Source: Blepharisma stoltei ATCC 30299 (lineage: Eukaryota; Protista; Ciliophora). From it: DNA of 64,000 bases. The notes under the pieces were generated by a model that was given only the letters and a program-made list of their open reading frames with translations, was not told the DNA's origin and did no database searches. Made by a program: the position numbers and the translations under genes. Below are positions 13,975 through 25,623 of this stretch, one piece after another. Positions within the stretch are counted from its first letter, which is position 1. The number at the start of each line of letters is the position of its first letter. The stretch spans positions 434,001 through 498,000 of the forward strand of contig CBFDEM010000002.1 in assembly GCA_965603825.1 (NCBI GenBank), given 5' to 3'.

Positions 13975-16900
13975 TTATTTTTTATTATATGTAAATGGAA
14001 TCAATTGAGAAATTTCATAAAGTTTTTGCAGTTTGTGATTTTCTCTTATAATAATTGGTAAATACAATAAAAAATATGCTAATAGAGAAATAACAACAAA
14101 GCATATCATCACATAAACAATATTTTTGAATTGCGTGTTTACAAAATCTCTAGAGCCCTTATTAAAAATTGGAGTTTTACTTTTTATCATGTTTTGTAAA
14201 GTTCCCGCCTGGAACAAGAACCTGCCAATTTCTTTAGGAATATCTGAATCGTTTGAATAGGCATAGAAGGTGAACTCATTTTTCATAATCATTGATCCAT
14301 AATAAGTTCCAAAATCAAAAATATGGTCAAGCGCGTCTGGAACCTCCTCAAAAAACAATTTATGCAAATTATTAGAAAATAGCTCTCTGTATTTCATATT
14401 TGAAGTAACGTGCAATGCTTGATTATATCTATCGGTGATATCAATAATCATATGGTTTGCATTAGAAAACCCATAGACACCTCCAAAAATATCTTCAGTC
14501 GTCTCATTTCTTCCAATAGATAGCTCACATACCCAGTAGCAAGCCTCTGAAATTTGGCTAACTCGAATATAGTAAGCCTCAAGCAGCTCATATCTTTTGA
14601 TCAAATTGGCTTTACAAGATGAATTGTATTCCTCTCCAATTGACCATACACAAAAGCTAAAGCATACAATAATTATAGAAAGTGATCCAGCAAATCTTTT
14701 TGAAAAATTTTCACTGATTGGTTTTTCTGTGCCTTTGTTTATTTTTCTAATTTCTTGCTTATCTGAGATCCAGCAATGAACGGTTGAAAGCCTGTCAAAA
14801 CAGCTATGAAATAACTCAATATATGCACCATTCGCCTGCTTTCTTATAAAGTTCCAAATCTCATTATATGCCCTATGAAATTGAATTATCAGTAAAATAA
14901 TCCCAAGACTTAAAGAAACTGATAAAAATCCATCCATAAGTAGCAAAAGAAGAATTAACGCATCATCATTTTTTACCCTGTCTGTTTCGCATTTTAAGAA
15001 CGCTTTAACAGAAGAACTTAGGACTTTATATGTTTGGCCTAAACCATTTCCGATTAAAAATAATTCATCATCTCTATAATCATTATTTGTCATATAAGCA
15101 TCAAGAAATGATTTTCCCTGAATATGGATTACATGTTTTACAAAAAGAGACATCGTGTCATAAAGAGTGTAATATTGTAAAGGAGGAAGAGTCCTAATAT
15201 TTCAAATTGGGATCATTTTATTATTTACAATTTCTGAACTGGGGCAGTAGCTTCAACTATCATAATCAGATAGAATAGTATTTTGAAGGGAATCCAATGA
15301 GTTTACACTTTTGGTAAATAATGATAAATAGAACGATGTATTAAGGTCTGAGTAATTGGTCGAAAGATCTATAGCTCGAGATAAATGAGCCATAATCGTC
15401 ATTTCGTGAAGCAAACCAGCAAGATTTTCCGTGCTTTCTATATCATTTGAGTGACTGATTTCTTTCCAGATATATAATAAAACTCCGCAAGTCATTGTGA
15501 TGATCATCAATATTGATGCAAGTAAGGACCATTTAATCCAACTCAAAGTAGCCTGCGCGTTTCTTTTCATTTTCTTTCCAATACCTAAATAAGGAATTAC
15601 TTGAGAAGCTCATTGATGAATGGCTACTTCCTAACGTGTTTGAATTTAATCTCTCACTAATTTTATTTTCGTCTTTTATCAGCAATTCTCGGCTTTCCAG
15701 GTTGTTTTTTCCTTCATATTCATTTTCTTGAAAAGGATCGCTTCCATTAAAATAATTTATTTTTTGGAATCTTTTTATGCACCTGTCTGCTAAATCTTGT
15801 TGCCAGCCATCTTTTCCTTGACTTCACTCCTCAATTTCACCTTTATCATGGATTAAGAGCAGAAGGTTGAAAACTGTAGATTTTGTTGTAGTATTTATCA
15901 AGACAAATAAGACTGGCTTGTTGTTATAATTAAGGAGAACTGAATCGTGAGATTTAAGCATAGAAAAATTGAGGTCTGGGATAAGCTCATCAATATTTTC
16001 ATTTTTTCCTGTGATTTTAGGGCATTGAATGAAGTTTAAAAATCGTTCGCTATGTGAACAAATAGTCCCATCTTTTAAAAGCAAAGCACATTCTCTTGTT
16101 TTCGAGATTGGCTGCATAATAACAACAAAATAAATTTCTTGAATTAAGGGAATTAAATGAGCCTCACATGCACATTCAACTAAGTACCCACGAGCAGTCT
16201 GAAGAAAATGTATCAAAAATAAACTCAATTCTGGATTTTTATTATTTTCAAGGCAATTTTCTAAGTGTCTATCGTGATTTTTCGCAAAAGGTTCAGGAAT
16301 GTAGGCATAATATTTTGATCCAATGATAGAACTTACATCTTGATTTAATATAAGCGACACTATAGAATCTGCATAAGCAATTGTTCCAAACGAGTCCTCA
16401 TTTGCAGAAATGACCAAAAATCCATTAGAATCAGAAAATGATAGTGATTTAATTTTATTCTCTTGCTGGTGGTGCACTGATAGAAGGCTTTCCTTTTTTT
16501 TTATTAAATGGCTGCCACTTTCTTCCCTTCTCAAGATATCAGTTTGCAACGAGCCATAAAGTGAATGGCAAGCGATTCTATTCGGAAATTTCTTCACAAG
16601 GTCAGAGTATCCAGCATCTAACGCATCTAAATGTTCTGATACAGCTTTTGACAACAAATTCAGCCTTTCTATTTTAGGGCTTGAAGAAATTACTTCATTC
16701 CAAAAATCTATCAATTTACTGCAAAAAATCTGGTCTTTAGTCTTGATATTTTCTAATTCTAGAGCATAGTAAATAGTGCTAATGTCTTCATAAACTCCAA
16801 TATTAGTTTTTTCAAAAAAGCTTGTTATCAATCATTCTTGAAAGCAAGCTTCAACATTATTAGAGCTCAAGTTAAAAATCTTCTGGAATCTAAGCCTTGC

Positions 16901-18145
16901 TAATCTTTCATTTTGAATTGTGTATATGTAATAATTTGCTTCTCATATTAAAAATAATTTATCAGCTTTAAAGCATTGTGACTTGTGAGCTTGATCAAAA
17001 TGTTTCATCATATCGAATGATTCAAGTGAAGAACTTGCAACTAATATATGCCTGAAATGCTGTTCAAACTCATATTGATTCAGCAGCCAATTCTCATTTT
17101 TACCAACATTATTAAATGCTTTCATAGCATAGTAAAATGTTATGAATATCAAAATCGGATTAACTAATCAAAAAAATCCAATTATAATGAGAGGGTTGTT
17201 GATTAAATCACCAAAAGCAAAGGCTAGAGTTGTAAAGATGATTCCGGATTGCCTGCAAATGATGATTGAATTTGAAAATGCATCATAATACGGAGGGTTT
17301 TTTATTGTTCTGTAAAGAATATGTAAGGAATAAAATATCAAAATTGTTTGATGGAAATAATTGCTGCTTTGATTTGTCATGACATATACAACTGCTGAAA
17401 CAAACGCAAATTTAACTATTGCCAAATCTATGTCAGAATGGGCCCTTGCTTTTAGGTTAGTTGACGCAAAAGTATGTCTCAGTTCTGCAGAGCATATCTC
17501 ATACCCATATGCAAACAAGAGCAGCAAAATTAAAGTAATACTTGACATAAATACGCCATATCCTCCAAGGTTTAAATTACAATTGGTGCAGGCTTTGTAC
17601 TCTGCAACTTTATCTTCATTCATAGCAGAATATTTAAATCCCAAGGTACTTATGACTACTGATGGAATAAATCCGATTGTTGTGAGATAATAAAAAGCTA
17701 TTTTCGGAATCAAGATTAAATAGGGATCAATATGTTTTTTTTTGTGGATTATTATAGCAAGGATGGGTATTAATATAGCAATTAAGCAGGTTATAAATCA
17801 AAGGCTGGCGCAGCAATTATATAAACCTCCGGCTTCAGCACAAATTTGAGCCATGCTAGAATAGCCTAAGCCTCTTCAATGCTTATCAATGTAACTTTCT
17901 GTACCAAAACTTACGGTTCAGTTAAATCTTACAATCTGGAGAAAAATAATAACATTCAATATAATCTGCACTATTTTTTCATTTATTGGACTTGCTGTCT
18001 GCCTCTTTTTATTTCAATCGCTAAGCAACAAAAGTGCTCCAAATATTGACTTTTTTGCGTTTTCAGTTTGTTTAGACCAGTCAATTAAGGATTTTTCATA
18101 TATAGCATCCTTAAAATTCGTAAAACCGATATGCCTTTCTACCAT
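13975..18145 (-). CDS. PAS-domain multipass membrane protein (TmcB-like), tandem copy 3, ~1379 aa, two introns
   Basis: ATG at 18145 (MVERHIGFTNFK...SIFGA). Pieces joined by TGA. The single frame change between the ORFs at 15824 and 15570 is resolved by a 16-nt intron. Confidence 0.85.
15118..15132 (-). other. 15-nt intron (copy 3, intron B)
   Basis: GTAATCCATATTCAG; homologous position; no stop if retained (VIHIQ). Confidence 0.75.
15585..15600 (-). other. 16-nt intron (copy 3, intron A)
   Basis: GTAATTCCTTATTTAG; removal restores the frame (SFS-S-IGKKMKR). Confidence 0.92.
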
Positions 18146-19031
18146 ATATAGTTATCACTCAAAAAATGCCGAAGAATTTCGAATTATAAAATAAATTTCT
18201 GACGTTTAAAGTATTGCAAAATAATAAGAAATAAATTATAAGAGCAAAGTCTAAGTAATCATAGATGATGACAAGCTTCTTATTACATTTAATAAAAAAT
18301 AGTTAGGCTTTAAGGGAGATTACTGCTATATAATAAAGTTAAATTAAAAAGAAAAAGGACCTTGAAGCGAGTTGAAAAATTAAAAAATGTGATAAATGAA
18401 GCAAGCACTTTGCTTATTAATAGCTTTTACCATCATTTTAAAACTAATTCTTAAACAATCAATTAGAACGTCTTTGCAGCCTAATATGAAATTTAAGAAG
18501 CCTGATTTTTTAGTAAATTCAAGCATTTTCAAAATCAGCGTATATATTTCTAACGCCCTTAATGGAATAAACTGTAGTTTTCATTCTTAATCTGGTGCAA
18601 ACGAGTATGTGGAAAATAAAGATAATACGTCATTTTCTTAAGATAAAGAATAAATCTTCTACTTTATTATTCTTATTAAATATTTTATAAATATATAAAT
18701 GGGTTGAGTTAATTATTATTACTATTTGTTTTTATTTGGCCTTTATAAATTATGCTTGGGTCCACTCTTTAGGACTACTAATGTTTCTGGGACGGCTCAT
18801 GCCTTAATAAATCATGCCAAAATATGGACGTATAAATGTAACTATGAGGATGAGTCAGCAATCACTATTCATTTTATCAATAATATTCGTTAAATTGATT
18901 TCAAATAAACCATAGCAATAGGAAATTAATTTTTTATTAAAGAAATTAATCCAAATTTTCAGCTTCTTGCATTCCATTTTGGTTTAGTCATTTGATTTTT
19001 ATGAAGCAATCTATTAATTATATAAGTTTTA

Positions 19032-22000
19032 TTATCTAGGAACGAGCTGGGAAATATCATAAAGTTTTTGCAATTTATGGTGCTCCCTTATAATGGCAGG
19101 TCAATACAAAAGAAAATAAGCTAGAAAATAAAGAATTGCAAAGATGATTGCCATATAAATTATGTGACTCACTTTATCATTAACATAGCTCTTTGAGTTT
19201 GAAACAAGCAATGGAGTTGCTTTCATTATCATATTTTGCAAATTTCACGCCCTTACAAAAAGTGTATTAATTTCTTCTCCTATATATTCAACTTTCGAAT
19301 AAGCATAAAATATCATTTCCTGATTCATAAGAAGAGAAGCAGAGTAAATTCCCAAATCAAAATAATCGTCTGAAGTGCCAGGCAAAGACTCAAAAACTTG
19401 TTTTTTTAGCGTGTTTGAAAATAATCCTCGATACTTTTTGCTTGAGGTGACATGTAATGTATTCTGATATCTTTTGACAATATCAAAAATATTATGATTA
19501 GCATTAGGAAAATCATAAAATTTACTAAGAAGGCTATCAGATGAACTATTTTTACTAAATGACAACACAGAAATCCAATAGCAGGCTTCCGAAATTTGCC
19601 CGATACGATTGTGATAAGCCTCCAAAAGTCGGTATCTCTTTATTAAATTTTGTTTGCAGGGAGGATATAATACATATCCCACAATAAAATTCTGGAAAAA
19701 TGATATAAATATTATTATCGAGCAAAGAATAGCAAATTTCTTTGAAAACTTTTCATTTATAGAGCCCTTTTGATGCTTCAATCTTTTAAGAACTTGCTGG
19801 CTATGATCGCTATCATGAATAGTTGTCAGTCTATCGAAGCAGCTTTTGATAAGATCTTTGTACGCAATAGCTGCATGCTTTCTGATAAAATTTCAAATTC
19901 GATTATAATTTTTATGCAAATTAATCATAAGGATTAAAAATATTGCACCGACGAGGCCAATTAAAGAAAATCCTATCACATATAAAATAACAATAATTTC
20001 ATCGCTCTCTTTTATTCTATTTATTTCACACTCCATCAGCCCATTAAGTGAGTCATTCAAAATTTTATAACTTTGGCCTAGGCTATTAACTATTAAAAAA
20101 AATTCAACATCTTGGTAATCATAATTTTTTCCTACTGAATTTTGATAAGATCTTCCCTAAATGGATTTTACATGATCAATGAATTTAGCTATCATATCAT
20201 ATAAGTTGTAATAAATAGGATATGGGGTGTTTAAACTCCACATTGGAATTAACTTATGCTTCACAATGTCAGAGCTGGAGCAATAATCCCATTTTTTATA
20301 GTCTGATAATATAGGATGGTGCAAGGAGTCTAGAATATTTATACTTTCAGCCAAAGACACTTGATAAAAAGTTATATTGAGAGCAGAATATTCAGCAGCG
20401 AGGCTTAGCGCTCGAGATAAATGAGCAAGAACAGTTATGTGCCGCATTAATGATGCAAGGTGATCAATGTTTGCTAAATTAGCAGAATGGTTGACCTCTG
20501 CTCAGATGTATATCAAAATGCCAAGATTTATTGAAATTAGTACCATAATTGAGATCAATAGTGATCATTTGATTGAGTTTAGAACCATTTGAGCCTTTTT
20601 CATGATTTTTTCTCCAACGACTAAATAGGAATTACTCAAAGATATTGAAGATGATTGGCTGCTTCCATTTAGTGCCGGACTTGCAACAGTCTCAATATTA
20701 TCTCGTTCAATAAATTCTTGGTAATCTAAATTTTCTTCGTTTATTTCTTCTCGGTTTATAAGCTTTTCCTTAGAAATGAAATCTTTTCATTCGAAATTGC
20801 TTGGCCAGCTTTCTTCTAATTCTTTCTGCCACTCATCCTCTCCTTTATTTCATTCATCCATCTCTTCTTTCTTATGAATTAAGAGTAGTAAATTGAAGGT
20901 TGTTGATTTTTTGGTTATTCGCTTCAAAACAAATAAAATAGATTTCTTATTCTGGTTTACCAATATTGGGTACCCTGATTTCAAAAGAGAAAAATCAAAA
21001 TCAGGGATGAGATCATTCATATTTTCGCCTCTTCCTGTCGATTTTGGACATTCTATATATTGTAAAAAGTGCTCACTATGTGCATAAATCATTCCATTAT
21101 CTGAAAGAACAGCGCACTCACGTTTTTTTAGCATTGGCTTCATTATAGCTACAAAGTAGATATGCTTAATCAAAGATACAAAATGTAGCTCAAAATTGGA
21201 TTCCACTAAATACCCCCTTTCAGTTTGGAGAAAATGCGACATCCCAATGCTTGCTTCAGGATCTGTGCAAGTAGTTATAAAATTTTTCAAGTACTTATCA
21301 TGGTGTGTCGAGTATGGGTATGGAACATAAGTGCGTAAATTTGATCCAACAATACCATTTATTGGCTGCTTTAAAATTTTTGCTGCTATACTGTTTGCAT
21401 AGACAACGAGTCCAAGTGTACTCTTATCAGCAGAAATAATGAGAAACCCATTTGAATCGGAAAATGGGAGGGATTTGTGCTTAGATTCTTTCAGATTTGT
21501 AGAATAGAGGCTTCCTTTTTTTAGGAGCATGCTACTTCCACTTTCTTGCTTTCTAAGGATATTAATTTGAAGAGTCCCGTAAAGATCATGGCAAGCAGTT
21601 CTGCTAGGAAACTTTTTGGTAAGACATGAATATCCTTTATTAACAGCTTTTAAGTTTATTGATACATGATTTGCCAAGACCTCAAGTCTATCAAAGTTTG
21701 GCTTTTGAGCTACAACTTCGTTCCAAAAATCAGCTAATTTATGGCATAGAAATTTGTCCTTAGTTTTGATTTTTTCTAACTCCAAAAAATAAAATATTGT
21801 GCCTATGTCTTCATATTTTCCGATGTTATTTTTTTCGAGAAGACAAGAAATGACTCATTCTTGGTAATAGCTTTCTATTGTTGACTTACAATAGAATATT
21901 TTATGGAGTCGGATCCTGGCAAGCCTTTCATTTTTAAGTACATAAAGGCAAAAATTTGTTTGCCAAATGATAAAAAGCTTATCTCTTGTAAATCAAGGCT

Positions 22001-23165
22001 TTTTTAAAGCTTCTTCAAATTCTTTTAGCACTTTTTCTGGATCTTCTGTTGCTTCGTCCATTAATATGCATCTGAAATGATTTTCGAATTCATACTGATT
22101 CGATATCAAATTTATGTTTTTTTCTGAATTTTTAAATTTTTTTGCTAAATAATGTAATAATATGAGCAATACTATAGGGTTAACAAATCAAAAAAAAATA
22201 ATTGGAATTAGTGAATCATCAATAGCATCGCCTATAATAAAGCCTAAAGTTGTTAGGATTATTCCTAAATTTCTGGCAATTACAACTATATTCGAAAATA
22301 AATTGTAGTAAGGGTTGCACTTTATTGTTTTGAAGATAATATATAATGGGTACATAATAAGAATTGCTTGATGAAAATATGCACTAAAATTGCTCAAAAA
22401 CACATAGACAATTGGCAAAATAAAAGAAAAAATCACCATATCGATATCTATAATAGAATGAGCTCTTGCTTTTAAATTTTGGGGTGCAAAAGTATGCCTT
22501 AATTCAGCTTGAAAAATTTCATTTCCATATACTAAAAATAGCATCAAGAATAAGTTTGCAGCTGAGACAAAAATGCCAGATCAACCAAAATTCAAATTGC
22601 AATTGGTGCATGAGTCATATTCAAACATATCATTTTTCCTCATTACTGAATATTTGAATGTCACAGCAAGGATAAGTGTGGATGGAATAAGCCAAATTGT
22701 CGAGAGAATAGATATCAGTGCACTTGGGATAATAATAAAATGGGAATAAAATTGTTCATCTTTATAGCTTCTTATTGCTAATAATAGTAGTGAAGCTACA
22801 GTTAAAAATATTAAACAGCTATAGCCTATAAAGCACCCATCTAGAATTCCTGCTTGAGCGCAGATTTGATCCATGCTTATATAGCCAAAAGCGTTTCAAT
22901 GTATTTCTGCGTAATTGTCCGATTTAAAATTTCTACCTCAGTTTAATCTTATAATCTGAAGCGAAATAATAAGGTTTGATAAAACCTGGGCTATTTTTGG
23001 GTTCAAATTGTGGAAAGATGAGTTTTTTTTCTTTGCCCTATAAAGCTTCAAAAATGACCCAAAGATCGCATTTTTCGTTATTTCCAGCATTTTTGATCAG
23101 TTAGCCCAAACAACTTCATGAGTTAAGATCTCGAAATTTGAAGCTTCTATAAGTTCTTCTTCCAT
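19032..23165 (-). CDS. PAS-domain multipass membrane protein (TmcB-like), tandem copy 4, ~1367 aa, two introns
   Basis: ATG at 23165 (MEEELIEASNF, matching the copy 2 start; alternative in-frame ATG at 23183). Pieces joined by TGA. TAA at 19032-19034. Confidence 0.85.
20157..20171 (-). other. 15-nt intron (copy 4, intron B)
   Basis: GTAAAATCCATTTAG; the terminal TAG is in frame. Confidence 0.9.
20621..20635 (-). other. 15-nt intron (copy 4, intron A)
   Basis: GTAATTCCTATTTAG; homologous position; no stop if retained (SNSYL). Confidence 0.78.
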
Positions 23166-24780
23166 AATTTTATTCCCAGCCATGGCCTCTCATAATTTTT
23201 GTGAAGTTTAAGTGAAATATGCAAAATTTAACATTAAATTTTAAATGGATATTATAAGCTACATTGTAAAGGCAAGCCTTTGAAAAGCCTTTCTTTTTAT
23301 TTCTAATAAATATGCGAAGCGCTTATCTTCCTCAAGCAGCTGAATTAAGCTCTAGATTTTTGAAAAAGCAAGAAAATAGGGAGCAGGTTAGTCAATTTCA
23401 TGCCTTATCAAAAAGCTGTCTTGCAAAGTAACCCAAAAGCTTATACTAGCATGCTAAACAATTTAAGAAATGCAATGAGATGAAGCAAAATATGATCATA
23501 AGATAAATTCACTATACCAACTTTTATAAAATTATAATGAACTCATACAAACATTCTAGATTTCTATTAGATCACCATTTTTTCAATTTTTACAAACAAA
23601 TTGCATAGATTAATTATCTAAAACTATTATCCACTTTCAAAATTAATCATAAAGCTCAAGTACATAAATTTTGAATTGTCCCCAAGAATATCACTCTCTC
23701 CAACTATTAAAAGTAAAATAATAAAGCAGCTCACTGCTTAAAATATTAAGTTTCAATCTTTCTTAAATTAAGTCATATCGTCTGCTAATATATAATATCA
23801 AAATATTGTGTTATATGACCATTCTTAATTAATTTGGTTTAAACTAATAAAGCTAAACAAAATAATGTAACCTTTATATATTGACCTTCAATAATTGCAT
23901 GGAAACAATATTCGCTTTTGTAAATAATTTTCAGTATTTGCTTGAAATGAACTCTTGGATGAGCAATATAGCTTCAACATCTGAAAAATTCACTAAATAT
24001 AATCTCATTAGACCAATGATTGAACCTCTTCCACTTAATTATCCCAAAGTATAAAAAATTTTCACATTTTGATATTTTAGAGACTAAAAGTATATAGAGC
24101 TCAATTGTATCGTAAAGAGAAACAATTAGCGATTTTAATGAATGCATTAATTTTCATTATTTGTGACTCCTGCAATTTTAATTATAAAATTCAAAAGAAA
24201 TGACAAATATTGAAAATCTTCATCAGCTAATTACTTTGATTTTTATTAAATTCCCAAGAATTTTGAATGATTTTAAAATAAGAAATCCGGGTTTTTATTT
24301 TAATTTATTATCTAATTGATAGCTATTGCTTGCTTGCTTCTGAAAAAACCTCTAATAGGCAATGCTTATCTGATAGATTATTTGAGATGATTTCATACGA
24401 ATACTGAAATTTACTGGCATGCAAAAATTTCACCCTTTAGTTTTGCAGCATACTGCAAAACACTTTGCGTTTCCTTATAAAACATGGATTTTATAAACTG
24501 CATTCTAAATATATCCTGAGCAAAAACGAGGTTCAAGCTATAAGACAATTGTGCAATTTATACAACAAAAGAGTAATTTTATGAATTATTTGGAATTAAA
24601 AGAACATAATAAATAATACAAATTTTTAAGCTGATAGCCTATGATGATAAAAATCTTTAAGACTTTTAGTATATTATTTAAACATAATTTTTTGATAAGT
24701 AATTTCTATAATTGACGAAAATAATTAACTAAAATTTCTATTACTATTTTGCCCCCATTTTTAAATTAAATAATAAATAA

Positions 24781-25497
24781 ATGGAAGAAGCGCGGATTCA
24801 ATTCACCAACTCAACTCGCAGCATTTCTACCTCGAAAGACAAGATCTTTGAAATATCTGATATTATGCTCGCTCACCAGGAGTCTTCAGCAAATTTCCTC
24901 ACTTCTTTATGGTTCCAAGAGTTTATTCAGCAAAAAGATGACAAAAAGAAACTAGCTTATCTATTTGTAATGAATGACATTCTCATTAAAAGCTCAAAAG
25001 ATGATAGAGGAAACCAATATTTGCTAGAGTTTTCATCAATTTTAGAAGATGCCATAAGACATCTTGTTGATACAGAAAGTGAAAATTTATTGGAAGAACT
25101 CAGAAAAATTGTTCTGCTTTGGGAAAGACCTGGAACTTGCATTTTTGTGCCGGAATTTATTTCGCAGATAAAGGAAAGCATTCAAGCTGGCATTTTTACT
25201 GTGCAAGATAAGAAGACAGGAGTAGAACTGATTCAGCTGTTTGAAGTCACAAAAAAATTAGCTGCAGTCGAGTGCCTTTCTGAAGCAAATTTAAAAGAAG
25301 CAGACAAAATTGACTCTATTGTTGGTCACCATCATCATAAAAAGAATTCAAAATGGAGCAAAGATGAAATAAGACACTTATTGATGGGGTTTCAAGAAAA
25401 ATGCGAAAATGAATTGATAGATAGATCAAACTTGCTTATGGAATTATCTCAGCTGCTGGAGGAACAATACAAGATTTATAACACTACAAGATTTTAG
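24781..25497 (+). CDS. CID (RNA Pol II CTD-interacting) domain protein, RPRD1/Rtt103-like, 238 aa
   Basis: N-terminal CID pattern (S.SKDKI..IS..ML.H, LW, KKLAYLFVMNDIL, LRKIVLLWER..IF) followed by a coiled-coil-like tail. Confidence 0.75.
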   Translation: MEEARIQFTNSTRSISTSKDKIFEISDIMLAHQESSANFLTSLWFQEFIQQKDDKKKLAYLFVMNDILIKSSKDDRGNQYLLEFSSILEDAIRHLVDTESENLLEELRKIVLLWERPGTCIFVPEFISQIKESIQAGIFTVQDKKTGVELIQLFEVTKKLAAVECLSEANLKEADKIDSIVGHHHHKKNSKWSKDEIRHLLMGFQEKCENELIDRSNLLMELSQLLEEQYKIYNTTRF

Positions 25498-25623
25498 ATT
25501 AATATATAAAATATGGTTGCTTTTTTCAATAAAAAATTATAGTTTTATTATTTATGCAAAATTTGGTTTTTTGCACTTCAAAACCACTTATGCAATTATT
25601 TATTTAGATTAAACCATTAGGGC

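Noticed and set aside
18396-18590. 64-aa intergenic ORF
   Set aside because: AT-rich, no motif, no counterpart in the other spacers of the array.
3766-23165. PAS genes and the 11-kb gene as pseudogenes or many small genes
   Set aside because: Pieces stay in frame across TGA; the non-TGA breaks I found are all removed by consensus micro-introns.
24440-24461. Hairpin GTTTTGCAG-cata-CTGCAAAAC
   Set aside because: A 9-bp stem is plausible by chance in 64 kb; no repeat or ncRNA context.
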